64,000 nucleotides of DNA, from contig CAWVFK010000043.1 of NCBI GenBank assembly GCA_963928595.1, forward strand, positions 1,995 through 65,994, written 5' to 3'. Positions 8,087 through 22,322 of the stretch are shown one piece after another; position 1 is the first letter of the stretch, and each line of letters starts with the position of its first letter. Made by a program: the position numbers and the translations under genes. This stretch comes from Candidatus Coprosoma sp. Its GTDB lineage: Bacteria > Bacillota_I > Bacilli_A > RF39 > UBA660. The notes beneath the pieces are model-generated. The model made no database searches. It saw nothing but the letters and a program-made list of their open reading frames with translations, and was not told where the DNA came from.

Positions 8087-10165
8087 ATGGACTTAAGCAC
8101 ATTAAATGACAAACAAAAAGAAGCAGTTGAGTGGCCTGATGGTCCAATACTAGTTTTAGCAGGAGCTGGAAGTGGTAAAACGAGAGTTTTAACAACTAAA
8201 CTGGCTTATTTAGTTAATGAAGAAGGTGTTAATCCTTATAACATATTAGCAATTACGTTTACTAATAAGGCAGCTAAAGAGATGAAAGAGCGAGCATTTA
8301 AGATGCTTGGAAGTGATGCTTATAAGATGCAGATATCGACATTTCATTCTTTGGGGTTGCTTTTAATTAGAGAAAATTATGATAAATTAGGTTTTGATAA
8401 AAATTTTACAATTTTAGATAGTGATGATAGTTTAACAATTATTAAGAAGATTTTAAAGGATATGAATTTGGATCCGAAGGTTTATAATCCAAGGGCTATC
8501 AGAAATAAAATAAGTAGTGCGAAGAATGAACTGATGGATTCTAATTATTATAGCCGGTTTGCGAATTCAGAATATGAAGAGATTGTTTTATCAGTATTCC
8601 AAAAGTATGAGCAAAAGGTTCTTAAAAACAATTCAATGGATTTTGATGATTTATTGTTATTGCCAATTAAGTTATTTAAAAAATATCCTGATGTTTTAGA
8701 AAAATATCAAGATAGATTTAAGTATATATTAGTAGATGAGTATCAAGATACTAATGAAGCTCAATATATTTTGATTAAAATGCTTAGTAAAAAATATAAA
8801 AATATATGTGTAGTTGGTGATTTAGATCAATCGATATATGGATTTAGGGGAGCTAATTTTAGGAATATTCTTAATTTTGAAAAGGATTATCCAGATGCGA
8901 AGGTTATTCCTCTAGAAGAAAATTATCGTTCGACAGGTAATATTTTGAATGTAGCTAATGATATAATTAAGCACAATAAGCAGCGCAAAGAGAAGAACTT
9001 ATGGACGAAAAATGATAATGGACCGAAGATTCGTTATCACAGGGCTTATGATGAAAAAGATGAAGCTAATTATGTCATGGAGGAGATTAAGAAATTAATT
9101 ATTAGTGGTGAGCCGAAATCTTCAATTGCAGTTTTATATAGAACTAATGCGCAATCTCGTAATATGGAAGAAGCTTTGCTTAGAGAAAATATTCCTTATA
9201 AGGTAGTTGGTAGTTTTTATTTCTATAACCGAAAAGAAATTAAGGATTTAATTAGTTATTTAAAACTTATTTACAATTCTAATGACGATGTCAGTTTGAT
9301 GAGAATTATCAATGTTCCTAAAAGACAGATTGGTCCGAAGACAATAGAAAATTTGGCTACTAAAGCTTTAGATAAAGGAGTGTCTTTATATGAGGCTATC
9401 GATAGTGGTAAGGAACTTGAGTTTAAGAAATTAATCGAAAGAATAAAAAAAGAAAGCGAAAATATGTCGCTTACAGAGTTAGTTGAACTGATTTTAACAG
9501 AAACTGGAATGCGAAAAGAACTTGAGAGTGCTAAAACTTTGGAGGCGGAAGTTAGGCTTGAGAACTTAGAGGAATTTAAGTCTATTACGAAAAACTTTGA
9601 AGAGAATAATGGAGTTATTTCGTTAGAGGAGTTTTTATTAGAGATTAGTTTGGTTTCTGATATGGAAGAGCATAAAAACAATAATGATGTGGTAACGCTT
9701 ATGACGATACATTCTGCTAAGGGATTAGAGTTTGACCACGTATTTATTATCGGTTTAGAGGAAGGGTTATTTCCACATTCTAATTGTTTAGATAGTTCGG
9801 ATGAAATTGAAGAGGAAAGACGTCTTTGTTATGTGGCGGTGACGAGAGCTAAGAAGACACTTACTTTAGTCAATGCCCAGAGAAGAATGCTTTATGGAAA
9901 TACGAACTGTAATCCGCCTAGTAGGTTTATTGCAGAAATTAGTGATGAATATTTGGAAAAGGATGCTAAAGAAGAAAAGACGTATTTTAATAAAGAAGAA
10001 ATGATCGATAAGACAGCCGAATATAGTGTTGGTGATCATGTTATTCACGATACTTATGGTGAAGGTGTGGTTGTTGCCTTAGGTTCAGTTTTATCAATTG
10101 CTTTCAGTCATCCTTACGGAATAAAGAAAATAATGAAAGGTCATAAAAGTATTAGAAAGGTATAG
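8087..10165 (+). CDS. pcrA: ATP-dependent DNA helicase PcrA (UvrD/Rep superfamily 1)
   Basis: 692 aa with AGAGSGKT (Walker A), LAITFTNKAA, ILVDEYQDTN, VGD.DQSIYGFRGA, ENYRS, TIHSAKGLEF, VAVTRAK. An extended -10 (TGGTATAAT, 8061-8069) lies upstream. Confidence 0.9.
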   Translation: MDLSTLNDKQKEAVEWPDGPILVLAGAGSGKTRVLTTKLAYLVNEEGVNPYNILAITFTNKAAKEMKERAFKMLGSDAYKMQISTFHSLGLLLIRENYDKLGFDKNFTILDSDDSLTIIKKILKDMNLDPKVYNPRAIRNKISSAKNELMDSNYYSRFANSEYEEIVLSVFQKYEQKVLKNNSMDFDDLLLLPIKLFKKYPDVLEKYQDRFKYILVDEYQDTNEAQYILIKMLSKKYKNICVVGDLDQSIYGFRGANFRNILNFEKDYPDAKVIPLEENYRSTGNILNVANDIIKHNKQRKEKNLWTKNDNGPKIRYHRAYDEKDEANYVMEEIKKLIISGEPKSSIAVLYRTNAQSRNMEEALLRENIPYKVVGSFYFYNRKEIKDLISYLKLIYNSNDDVSLMRIINVPKRQIGPKTIENLATKALDKGVSLYEAIDSGKELEFKKLIERIKKESENMSLTELVELILTETGMRKELESAKTLEAEVRLENLEEFKSITKNFEENNGVISLEEFLLEISLVSDMEEHKNNNDVVTLMTIHSAKGLEFDHVFIIGLEEGLFPHSNCLDSSDEIEEERRLCYVAVTRAKKTLTLVNAQRRMLYGNTNCNPPSRFIAEISDEYLEKDAKEEKTYFNKEEMIDKTAEYSVGDHVIHDTYGEGVVVALGSVLSIAFSHPYGIKKIMKGHKSIRKV

Positions 10166-10173
10166 GTGATTTT

Positions 10174-10338
10174 ATGAGAATGTTATCAATTATTGATTCT
10201 ATTAATGAATTTATCGAACCAGCTAAGGCTTGGCTTGAAGAAAATCATAACAATCCATTTATGTGGCTTGCATTTGTTTTGATTGGTATAGCAGTTTTTG
10301 CACTTACTTATGGTGCACTTAATAAAAATAATCAATAG
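10174..10338 (+). CDS. Small hypothetical membrane protein (54 aa)
   Basis: ATG at 10174, 8 nt after the pcrA stop. MRMLSIIDS...FMWLAFVLIGIAVFALTYGAL contains one TM segment. Below the ORF-track size cutoff and supported only by position and hydrophobicity. Confidence 0.3.
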   Translation: MRMLSIIDSINEFIEPAKAWLEENHNNPFMWLAFVLIGIAVFALTYGALNKNNQ

Positions 10339-10349
10339 GAGGTTTTATT

Positions 10350-11273
10350 TTGGAATATACTTTAGTGGTAATGGCAGCTGGTATGGGAAGTAGATTTGGT
10401 GGACTAAAACAGACTACGCCTGTCGGTCCTAATGGAGAATTTATTATCGACTATTCAATTTATGATGCAATAAAAGCAGGTTTTAATAAGGTTGTCTTTA
10501 TTATTAGAAAAGATTTTTATGAAGATTTTAGAAAAACTATAGGAAAAAGAATAGAGGATAAGATTGAAGTGGAGTATGCATTTCAAGAACTTACAGATTT
10601 ACCTGATGGTTATGAGTGTCCAGAGACGAGAGTTAAACCTTGGGGAACAGGAGCAGCTATTTATAGTGCGAGAGAGTTGATTAATGGTTCTTTCGCTATT
10701 ATAAATGCTGATGATTTTTATGGCGCAGACGCATATAGAGTTTTATTTGATTATGTCAAAAATAATACAAATCAAAATGAAGGGTTGGCTTTGTGTTATG
10801 AGGTGGGTAATACTTTATCTAAAAATGGAAGTGTTAAACGAGGTATTGCAATTGTCCGTAATGGTAATTTAGAGGGTATTAAAGAAAGTAAAATAGAGGC
10901 ACGTGATGGTTATGTGATAGCTAAACCTTTAGATGGAAGTGCTGAGTTTGAAACTCCTTTAGATACTTTAGTTACAGTTAATTTATTTGGCTTTACTCCA
11001 AAGATAAAAGACATTATTGTGGATAATTTTGCTAAGTTTTTAGATGATAATATTGATAAATCAGATAGTGAATATTTAGTGCCTGATATTATTAATAATG
11101 AAATTGAAGCAGGTAATATTCGTTTTAAAGTAAAAGGGACCAACTCTAAATGGCATGGAGTAACTTATAGAGAAGATAAAGATGAGCTAGTAGAGGCCAT
11201 TAATGAATATATCAGAAAAGGTGTATATCCAGAAAAATTATTTGAAAGTGGTAAAACACTTTGTAAAAAATAA
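10350..11273 (+). CDS. Sugar-phosphate nucleotidyltransferase (NTP_transferase fold)
   Basis: 307 aa with N-terminal MAAGMGSRFGG.K pyrophosphorylase signature. TTG start lies 7 nt after the AGGAGG RBS (10337-10342). Confidence 0.6.
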   Translation: MEYTLVVMAAGMGSRFGGLKQTTPVGPNGEFIIDYSIYDAIKAGFNKVVFIIRKDFYEDFRKTIGKRIEDKIEVEYAFQELTDLPDGYECPETRVKPWGTGAAIYSARELINGSFAIINADDFYGADAYRVLFDYVKNNTNQNEGLALCYEVGNTLSKNGSVKRGIAIVRNGNLEGIKESKIEARDGYVIAKPLDGSAEFETPLDTLVTVNLFGFTPKIKDIIVDNFAKFLDDNIDKSDSEYLVPDIINNEIEAGNIRFKVKGTNSKWHGVTYREDKDELVEAINEYIRKGVYPEKLFESGKTLCKK

Positions 11274-13356
<2,083 letters not shown>

Positions 13357-14157
13357 TAAATATGAATATAATGTTTGTATTGAAGTTGTTTTTGTTGGCT
13401 TATACAGATTATTATGCTCCAGAATAATTTAATGAAGCATTTACAGTGGTAAATTTTTTATATAGATTGGGAATTGATTCTTTTTATAATTTGGATCATA
13501 ATGTCAGGTGTGTAATAAGTTATAAAATTGATCGAAAAGAATATTTATATTTTATTTTAGGAAAATATACAACCTAAAATTAAAGCAACTTATGATTATG
13601 TAAATATTTATCCTTATATTTTAGATTATAGTTCAATTGGTGGTATTAGAAAACTATTTACATCTTTGGGAAATGTTTCTTTTTCACTTTGCGTGAATGG
13701 TATTAAGGAAGTTTGTATGACTGGCGATGATAAAAAAATATCGCTGTTTTTTGTGATGTTTATGCGGGTAAATATGTGAATAAATGTCATGAGGTGTCAT
13801 CGCTTTTTGGTGTAGATTATGAATATATAACTACAGCTTTTGTGAATAGTCTACTTAAACATTATAGATATCTTCATTCCTTTGTTGAAGATGGTGAATA
13901 TGTTTATGATTTTGCAAAAAATTTAAAAATGGAAAAGGATGTTTATTATGATCTTTTGAATTCTGATGTGGTATCTATGATTAAAGGCGCTCGTTTTATT
14001 AGTAATTTGAAGCGTTTATCCATGTTCATGCACCTATGATTCTTAAAGATTTTTTGGTAAAGCATGATGAATTAATATTGAGAAAGTAAAATGTTGGGAT
14101 AAAGATTCTAACATTTTTTGTAATGGTTTGATGGTTTTTGCAAAAAATTGTAGTTTT

Positions 14158-14184
14158 TTAGCAGTCATGTATTGACAGTGCTAG
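14158..14184 (+). promoter_or_regulatory. CIRCE operator (HrcA binding site) copy 1, overlapping the -35
   Basis: TTAGCAGTC-N9-CAGTGCTAG matches the consensus TTAGCACTC-N9-GAGTGCTAA at 15 of 18 positions. Confidence 0.6.
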
Positions 14185-14200
14185 CATATGATGTTATAAT
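14172..14200 (+). promoter_or_regulatory. SigA-type promoter of the hrcA-grpE-dnaK operon
   Basis: TTGACA (14172-14177), 17-nt spacer, TATAAT (14195-14200). Confidence 0.7.
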
Positions 14201-14203
14201 GAA

Positions 14204-14230
14204 GTAGCAATCAAGTTAAAAGAGTGCTAA
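14204..14230 (+). promoter_or_regulatory. CIRCE operator copy 2, between the -10 and the RBS
   Basis: GTAGCAATC-N9-GAGTGCTAA matches the consensus at 16 of 18 positions, with a perfect right arm. Confidence 0.75.
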
Positions 14231-14242
14231 AGAGGTGATTAA

Positions 14243-15232
14243 GTGCTGACTCAAAGACAAGAAGAACTATTAAAATTAATTGTTGAAAATTACATTAAGA
14301 CAGCAACGCCAGTTAGTTCGAAAGCTTTATGCAAGAAGATGAAGTGTTCGAGCGCAACGGTTAGAAATGAGATGGCTACCTTAGAGCAATTAAATCTTAT
14401 TCAAAAGACACATATTTCATCTGGTAGAGTTCCGAGTGATAAGGGTTATAGATATTATGTCGATAATATTATGGTTCCAAAGGAACTTAATGGTGAAGAT
14501 ATGTTAAAGTTGAAACAAATATTTTCCAATAATGCACTAGTACTTTCTGATGCGATTACTAAAAGTATGGAAATTGTTTCAGAGCTTACGCATTACACAG
14601 CGGTAGTTTTAGGTCATTCTTCTAGTGACAATAAAATTGCGAAAGTTGAGGTAGTGCCAATTGATGATAATAAAATGATTGCTATTGTTATCACTGATAA
14701 AGGTCATGTAGAAAATCGTAATGTAGTTATTGAGGGTAATGTTAGTAAGGCTGAGGTTAAGCATACTACTGATATAATTAGTAAGTTAATTGTTGGTGTT
14801 CCTTTGAGTGAGGTTAGTCAGGTTTTGGAATTTGAGGTTAAACCGATTATTACAAGATATGTGAAAGAACACGATGCTTTATATAATGCATTTTATAATG
14901 CGTTTAGTGATTTTACAAGTAAACCTCATATTAGAATGAGTGGGACTAATAATTTACTTATGGAGCCTGAGTTTGATGATGCTAGTAAGATAAGAAGCTT
15001 ACTTAATAAGTTTGAGGATAAGGAACTTATTAAGAGCATTAAGGCAGATGATGACGAAATTAAGGTTTACATTGGAAGTGAAAATGCTATTGATGATGAT
15101 GTATCAATTATTAAGACTAGTTTTTACAAAGATGGTACAGAAGGAACGATTGCTTTAATTGGTCCAAAAAGGATGGAATATGGCCGGGCTGAAGCATTAC
15201 TTAATTACATTAAAGAAAATATAGGTAGGTGA
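14243..15232 (+). CDS. hrcA: Heat-inducible transcription repressor HrcA
   Basis: 329 aa with GTG start after RBS AGAGGTGA. N-terminal winged helix LT.RQ..LL..IV..YI....PVSSK.L and SSATVRNEM..LE. Operon context with grpE-dnaK and CIRCE sites. Confidence 0.92.
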   Translation: MLTQRQEELLKLIVENYIKTATPVSSKALCKKMKCSSATVRNEMATLEQLNLIQKTHISSGRVPSDKGYRYYVDNIMVPKELNGEDMLKLKQIFSNNALVLSDAITKSMEIVSELTHYTAVVLGHSSSDNKIAKVEVVPIDDNKMIAIVITDKGHVENRNVVIEGNVSKAEVKHTTDIISKLIVGVPLSEVSQVLEFEVKPIITRYVKEHDALYNAFYNAFSDFTSKPHIRMSGTNNLLMEPEFDDASKIRSLLNKFEDKELIKSIKADDDEIKVYIGSENAIDDDVSIIKTSFYKDGTEGTIALIGPKRMEYGRAEALLNYIKENIGR

Positions 15233-15239
15233 TTAATAA

Positions 15240-15827
15240 GTGGATAAAGAAAAAAAACATGAGGATAAGCATGAACATCATGAGCATGAAAAACATTATG
15301 ACAAACACGATAAACATCATGATAAGAAATGTGAGTGTCATGATAAACATGAAAAATGTGAATGCCATGATGATAAGAAGTTAGAAGAAGCTAACAAAAA
15401 AATAAAAGAATTAGAAGAAGAGGTATTAAAAGCAAAGGCTGATAATATTAATTATAGAAAAAGAAAAGATGAAGAAGTTAGTAAGATGTTAGAGTTCGCT
15501 AATGAAGATATAGTTAAAGACATTTTACCTTCTATCGATAATTTTGAAAGGGCTATTAATTTAGATGATGATAATTTGGATGACGAGCTTTCAAAATTCT
15601 TAGCTGGTTTTAAAATGATATATTGTCATTTGGTAGAGGTGTTAGAAAAATATGATGTTAAGGCTATCGATGACAAGGGTAAAGCATTTGATCCCAAACT
15701 ACATCAAGCTGTACTTACTGAAAAGGTAGATGGTATGGAAAGTGGTATGGTTATTGAAGTTATGCAGAAGGGTTATATGCTTAAAGATAAAGTTATTAGA
15801 CCAGCTATGGTCAAAGTTAGTGAATAA
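15240..15827 (+). CDS. grpE: Nucleotide exchange factor GrpE with His/Cys-rich N-terminal extension
   Basis: The C-terminal two-thirds is GrpE-like (NYRKR...E, LP..DN.ERA, FDP..H.A). The first ~45 aa are KHEDKHEHHEHEKHYDKHDKHHDKKCECHDKHEKCECHDDKK. Confidence 0.9.
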   Translation: MDKEKKHEDKHEHHEHEKHYDKHDKHHDKKCECHDKHEKCECHDDKKLEEANKKIKELEEEVLKAKADNINYRKRKDEEVSKMLEFANEDIVKDILPSIDNFERAINLDDDNLDDELSKFLAGFKMIYCHLVEVLEKYDVKAIDDKGKAFDPKLHQAVLTEKVDGMESGMVIEVMQKGYMLKDKVIRPAMVKVSE

Positions 15828-15845
15828 GAAAGGATATGATTATAA

Positions 15846-17663
<1,818 letters not shown>

Positions 17664-17690
17664 AAGTTCTAGGAGACTAGAACTTTCTCT
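17664..17690 (+). terminator. Hairpin (partial terminator or attenuator) directly after dnaK
   Basis: 9-bp stem AAGTTCTAG (17664-17672) pairing with CTAGAACTT (17677-17685), GAGA loop, followed by TCTCTTT. The weak T-tract suggests read-through is likely. Confidence 0.45.
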
Positions 17691-17708
17691 TTATGAAAGG
17701 AAAAAATT

Positions 17709-19511
17709 ATGATTATAAAAGATAAAACTAGGGATGAAATTGATGAGAAGTATAAGTGGGATTTAAAGCAGATTTATGCATCAGAAGATGACTGGCTTAA
17801 AGACTTTGAATATGTTAAAGCAAGTGGTGATAAGTATTTAGAGTTTAAGGGAAAACTTAATAATGCGAATACTATTTATGAATTTTTAAAGTTTGATGAA
17901 GAGTTTTCTAAAAAGTCTGATGCTGTTTATATGTATGCGGCTTTGAAGTTCGATGAAGATACTAGTAATAGTAAATATCAAGAGTTAAAAGGTAAAATAG
18001 AAAAAGTACTTACGGAGATAAGTACGAAAACAGCATTTGTACTCCCAGAGTTACTTAAGCTTTCTAAAGAGGCTTTCGATAAGTTTATGGAAGAGATTCC
18101 TGAACTTAAGATGTATGAATATGAGTTTCGAAATATACTTCGAATGAAAGATCATATTTTGTCTGACAGTGAAGAAGAGTTACTTTCTAGTTTAGGTAAA
18201 TCACTTAATAATCCGGAAGATACAGCGAGTTATTTAAGAAATTCTGATATGAAATTTGGGGTTATTAAAGATGGTGATGATAATGAAGTAGAACTATCTA
18301 ATATTAATTTTTCTAAATATATTATGGATAATAACCGTGAGGTTAGAAAGAGTGCATTTTATACTCTTTATAAAGAGTATGAGGATTTGAAAAATACTTT
18401 TGCTTCTAGTTATAGTGGTAAGGTAAATACTGATAATGTACTTGCTTTGAGGCGTGGTTATAAAGACGCTCGTGAAGCAGCTTTATTCGGTAGTAATATC
18501 GATAGTAAGGTTTACGACAATTTAATCGATGTGCTTCACGGTAATCTTAATATTATGGATGATTATTATGCTTTAAAGAAAGAGGTTATGGGGTTAGATG
18601 AGCTTCATATATACGATATATATGGGGCTTTGGTACCTGACTCTAGTAAGTCTTATACTTTTGAAGAAGCTAAAAATATAGTTATGGATGCATTATCTAT
18701 TTTAGGTGATAATTATATCAATGATTTGAAAAAGGCTTTTGATGAGAAATGGATCGATGTAATGCCAAGCAAGGGTAAAAAAGGTGGAGCTTATTCTTGG
18801 GGAAGTTATACGACTAATCCATATTTGCTTTTGAATTTTAATGGCAAGTTTGATGATGTTTCAACTTTAGCTCATGAGCTTGGTCATTCGATGCATTCAT
18901 ATTATTCTAATAAGAATAATCCTTATGTTTATCATCAGTATAAGATATTTGTGGCTGAGGTTGCTTCACAAGTTAACGAGTTAATATTAGCTAGGTATTT
19001 AATTAATCATACGTATGATAAGAATGAGAAGTTAGCTATTTTAGATAGTTTGATGGAATTATTTAAGGGTTCAATTGTTCGTCAAACGATGTTTGCAGAG
19101 TTTGAGTATTTAATGCATAAGAAAGAACAAGAAGGAACTGTTTTGACTAGTGAATTTTTATCTAATGAATATTATAAGTTGTATGAAAAATATTCTGGTC
19201 ATAATATGATTAGCGATAAAGAGATTAGATATGAATGGGAGAAGATTCCTCATTTCTATTACAACTTTTATGTGTATCAATATGCGACAGGACTAGCTGC
19301 GGCCAGTTATATTGCAGAAAATATTATGAGAGGCGATAAAGAGGCTTTGAATAATTATTTGAAGTTTTTAACACTCGGCGGTAGTATGGATCCGATCGAT
19401 GAACTTAAAGTGGCTGGTGTGGATATGAATGATCCTAAAGTTATACAAGTCGCAATGGATACGTTTAAAGGTTTGATAGAGGAGTTTAAAGAAATTTACC
19501 GAAGTAGGTGA
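17709..19511 (+). CDS. pepF: Oligoendopeptidase F (M3B family)
   Basis: 600 aa with zinc motif HELGHSMH and a downstream E (VAEVASQ). Length and N-terminal W.L..IY are typical of PepF. Confidence 0.85.
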   Translation: MIIKDKTRDEIDEKYKWDLKQIYASEDDWLKDFEYVKASGDKYLEFKGKLNNANTIYEFLKFDEEFSKKSDAVYMYAALKFDEDTSNSKYQELKGKIEKVLTEISTKTAFVLPELLKLSKEAFDKFMEEIPELKMYEYEFRNILRMKDHILSDSEEELLSSLGKSLNNPEDTASYLRNSDMKFGVIKDGDDNEVELSNINFSKYIMDNNREVRKSAFYTLYKEYEDLKNTFASSYSGKVNTDNVLALRRGYKDAREAALFGSNIDSKVYDNLIDVLHGNLNIMDDYYALKKEVMGLDELHIYDIYGALVPDSSKSYTFEEAKNIVMDALSILGDNYINDLKKAFDEKWIDVMPSKGKKGGAYSWGSYTTNPYLLLNFNGKFDDVSTLAHELGHSMHSYYSNKNNPYVYHQYKIFVAEVASQVNELILARYLINHTYDKNEKLAILDSLMELFKGSIVRQTMFAEFEYLMHKKEQEGTVLTSEFLSNEYYKLYEKYSGHNMISDKEIRYEWEKIPHFYYNFYVYQYATGLAAASYIAENIMRGDKEALNNYLKFLTLGGSMDPIDELKVAGVDMNDPKVIQVAMDTFKGLIEEFKEIYRSR

Positions 19512-19515
19512 TTAG

Positions 19516-20655
19516 ATGAATAAAAGAGATTATTATGAGGTACTCGGCGTTTCAAAAGATGCTAGTGAAGCGGAAATTAAAAGTGCTTTTAGAAAATTAG
19601 CCAAGAAATATCATCCAGATGTTTCTAAAGAACCAGATGCAGCCGAAAAGTTTAAGGAAGCTCAGGAGGCATATTCCGTTTTATCTGATGAAACCAAACG
19701 TAGACAGTATGATCAGTTTGGTCATGCGGCCTTTAGTGGTGGCGCCGGAAGTGCTGGTGGAGCTGGATATGGTGGTTTTTCTGGATTTGATTTTGGTGAT
19801 ATTAATTTAGATGATATTTTTGATGGTATGTTTGGTGGCGGCTTTTCATCAGGGTTTGGTAGTTTTGGTGGAAGAAGTAATAGATCTAGTCGACGTCAAA
19901 AAGGACGTGATAGAGTTGTTCAAATTGATTTGGATTTTGAAGAAGCGGCTTTTGGATGTAAGAAAACAATTAATTTAACTTTGAATGAGAAATGTTCAGA
20001 CTGTAATGGTGAAGGTGGACATGGTTCTAAAACATGTGATAAGTGTCATGGTTCGGGTACGATTACTGGTCAACAACAAACTTTATTTGGTTCATTTATG
20101 ACAAGGACTACTTGTGATAAATGTGGTGGTAGAGGAACTATATTTGAAGAGACATGTAAGACTTGCCGTGGAACTGGTAAGGTTAAAAGAAATAAAGATA
20201 TCGAGGTTACGATTCCAGCTGGTGTAGATACTGGTACCCAACTTAGAATTTCTGGTAAAGGTGAAGCTGGGGTTAATGGTGGACCTAATGGGGATATTTA
20301 TTTAGAGTTTTATGTTAAAAGTCATCCAATATTTGAACGTGATGACAATGATATATATTTGAGCATGCCAATTACAATTACTGATGCGGTACTTGGAGGA
20401 AAGATAGAAGTTCCAACTTTATATGGTACAGTTAAAGTGAGTGTACCAGCGGGCTCTTTAAGTGGAGATAAGCTTAGAATTAAGGGTAAAGGTGTATCTG
20501 ATGTGAATAATGGTCGTAAAGGTGATATGTATATTATTTTAAATGTTATTACACCTAAAAAATTATCAAGAGATCAGAAAAAGTTATTTGAATCTTTGGC
20601 TAAAACTGATTTAGATGATTCTAAAGAGTTTGATAAGATTAAAAAATATTTGTAG
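19516..20655 (+). CDS. dnaJ: Molecular chaperone DnaJ
   Basis: J domain with HPD (KYHPDV), G/F-rich linker, four CxxCxGxG zinc motifs ([32 protein letters not shown]) and a C-terminal substrate-binding domain. Confidence 0.97.
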   Translation: MNKRDYYEVLGVSKDASEAEIKSAFRKLAKKYHPDVSKEPDAAEKFKEAQEAYSVLSDETKRRQYDQFGHAAFSGGAGSAGGAGYGGFSGFDFGDINLDDIFDGMFGGGFSSGFGSFGGRSNRSSRRQKGRDRVVQIDLDFEEAAFGCKKTINLTLNEKCSDCNGEGGHGSKTCDKCHGSGTITGQQQTLFGSFMTRTTCDKCGGRGTIFEETCKTCRGTGKVKRNKDIEVTIPAGVDTGTQLRISGKGEAGVNGGPNGDIYLEFYVKSHPIFERDDNDIYLSMPITITDAVLGGKIEVPTLYGTVKVSVPAGSLSGDKLRIKGKGVSDVNNGRKGDMYIILNVITPKKLSRDQKKLFESLAKTDLDDSKEFDKIKKYL

Positions 20656-20668
20656 TTTATTTTGAATT

Positions 20669-20694
20669 GCTGACTATTTAGTCGGCTTTTTTAT
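20669..20694 (+). terminator. Rho-independent terminator after dnaJ
   Basis: GCTGAC (20669-20674) pairs with GTCGGC (20681-20686, one G-U), loop TATTTA, then TTTTTTATT. Confidence 0.6.
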
Positions 20695-21088
20695 TGTATG
20701 TTATTTTGAAAGAATGACAAAAAAGTTTTTATATGATATAATATGGAAAATTAAAAATGAGAAAATAGGTATGATTTATATTTTAAAATGTGCTAAATAC
20801 TAGATTATAATTTTGTTACATAATTTTTTGGTGGATTGGGAAGAATAACAAAAAAATTATAATATATAATGGTGATTGTAAATAAGAAAATATGTCCACA
20901 CACAATATTATTTAGAAGTATTATGGATAACAAAATATAGAAGAAAGATATTAAAGTGAAAAATAATAAATAGATTAAAAGCGTTATTAATATAAGGATA
21001 CACGGTAAAAGAAATACTAATAGAAAGCGATTAATTTCTATATAAATTAATTGATATTTTTATATGATTAATTATACAAGGAGGATAT

Positions 21089-22132
21089 ATGAAAAAAGAA
21101 GAAATAGAATCATTTCAAAAAATTGATTATGAAGCACTTTTAGATATTGTCATTAATAATTTAGATTACGATGATTTACAAACTGTACAAGGAGAAGGAG
21201 AATTAACAACTATTCCTGGTGCAAAAGATATGGAAGAAAGACTTTTAGCAAAAATTGAAAGATTAAAACAACAAGGAGTTGATATTACTACATATGATCA
21301 ATATGGAGCATTCAATCATATTTCAATTAATAGGGATTTTCATGTTCCAAATCAGCCAAATCAATTAAGGTTATATTTATCTCCAAAACAGGAACATTTG
21401 GTAAATATAGCAGTGGAATTAATAAGGAGAAGCGTAGAGGAAGGGCGATCAACTTATTTTAAATACAGTAGGAAGCCAACTATAGATAAAATTGTTTTCT
21501 ATATAACAAGTGAAGAAGATTTAAAAGATAAATTGGAATTGATAGAAGAATGTAGACGCTCTTATCCACAAATATTTGAAGGAATGAAAAGATGTCCTTA
21601 TTGGATAAATGAAACACCTATAGAAGGGGTATATGTTGCTCCAGAAAATATAATAGTAAGATTTACAGGTGATCCTTTTTTTTCTTACGGATTATTAATG
21701 GAAACGGCATTAGAAGAAATAAAAACATTATTATATTATGAATTAAGAGAACAACGAAATCCTAATACAAAGCCATTATTAGGGTATAATAGAAATTACT
21801 TAATGCAACTATTTATTCCATTATGCCGAAGAACATTTGGAAAATACGGTTGCTTAATATATTATCAAGATGGTGACATTCATTTGCATAAAAACAAACA
21901 CTTTCCAGGTGTAGGAGAGGAACTAACAGAAGAATTTAAAATTACAAGTGATAGATCAACTTTAGAAGTAAGCAGAAAAGAACCAAACGGTTTAATAAGA
22001 ACAGCGTTTCTTCCAATGTATGGTAATGAATATGTAACACCAGATACCGCCAAATTCATACTTGAAACTCCAGAAGAGTATTATAATAGAGGTCTTTATC
22101 CTGAGTATTCTAGTCGCTTTGGTCAAAAATGA
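21089..22132 (+). CDS. Hypothetical protein (347 aa), no recognised motif
   Basis: Long ORF with strong RBS (AAGGAGG, 7 nt from the ATG). No TM segment or signal peptide. Isolated by intergenic regions of about 430 nt and 240 nt. Confidence 0.6.
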   Translation: MKKEEIESFQKIDYEALLDIVINNLDYDDLQTVQGEGELTTIPGAKDMEERLLAKIERLKQQGVDITTYDQYGAFNHISINRDFHVPNQPNQLRLYLSPKQEHLVNIAVELIRRSVEEGRSTYFKYSRKPTIDKIVFYITSEEDLKDKLELIEECRRSYPQIFEGMKRCPYWINETPIEGVYVAPENIIVRFTGDPFFSYGLLMETALEEIKTLLYYELREQRNPNTKPLLGYNRNYLMQLFIPLCRRTFGKYGCLIYYQDGDIHLHKNKHFPGVGEELTEEFKITSDRSTLEVSRKEPNGLIRTAFLPMYGNEYVTPDTAKFILETPEEYYNRGLYPEYSSRFGQK

Positions 22133-22177
22133 TAATGAGATACAAGAAGGTATAAAAAATATGTAGAGGGAATATAT

Positions 22178-22217
22178 TATCTATAATAGTCTTATAGGTT
22201 ATCAGCTATTATAGATA
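22178..22217. repeat. Perfect 12-bp inverted repeat with 16-nt spacer
   Basis: TATCTATAATAG (22178-22189) and CTATTATAGATA (22206-22217) are exact reverse complements. The repeat lies 46 nt downstream of the 21089-22132 ORF. Confidence 0.8.
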
Positions 22218-22322
22218 GTGATAAGATATTGTTTTTAAATAAGTTTAATAAAGTAAATTAGGTGTTTAAATTACAGGTTTACAGCAGCTTGTAATTTTTT
22301 TCTGTGAAACATATGTTTTTTG

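Noticed and set aside
13776-14039. 87-aa ORF in the ligA-hrcA spacer as a real gene.
   Set aside because: There is no RBS and the frame stays open upstream of its GTG without a start. Neighbouring short ORFs abut in other frames. It is treated as part of a probable gene remnant (see finding) rather than annotated as a CDS.
21089-22132. Assigning the orphan 347-aa ORF to an effector-like or enzyme family on the basis of short patterns (for example LRLYLSPK, IVFYITSEED).
   Set aside because: The resemblance is too weak to support without a profile search, so it is left as hypothetical.
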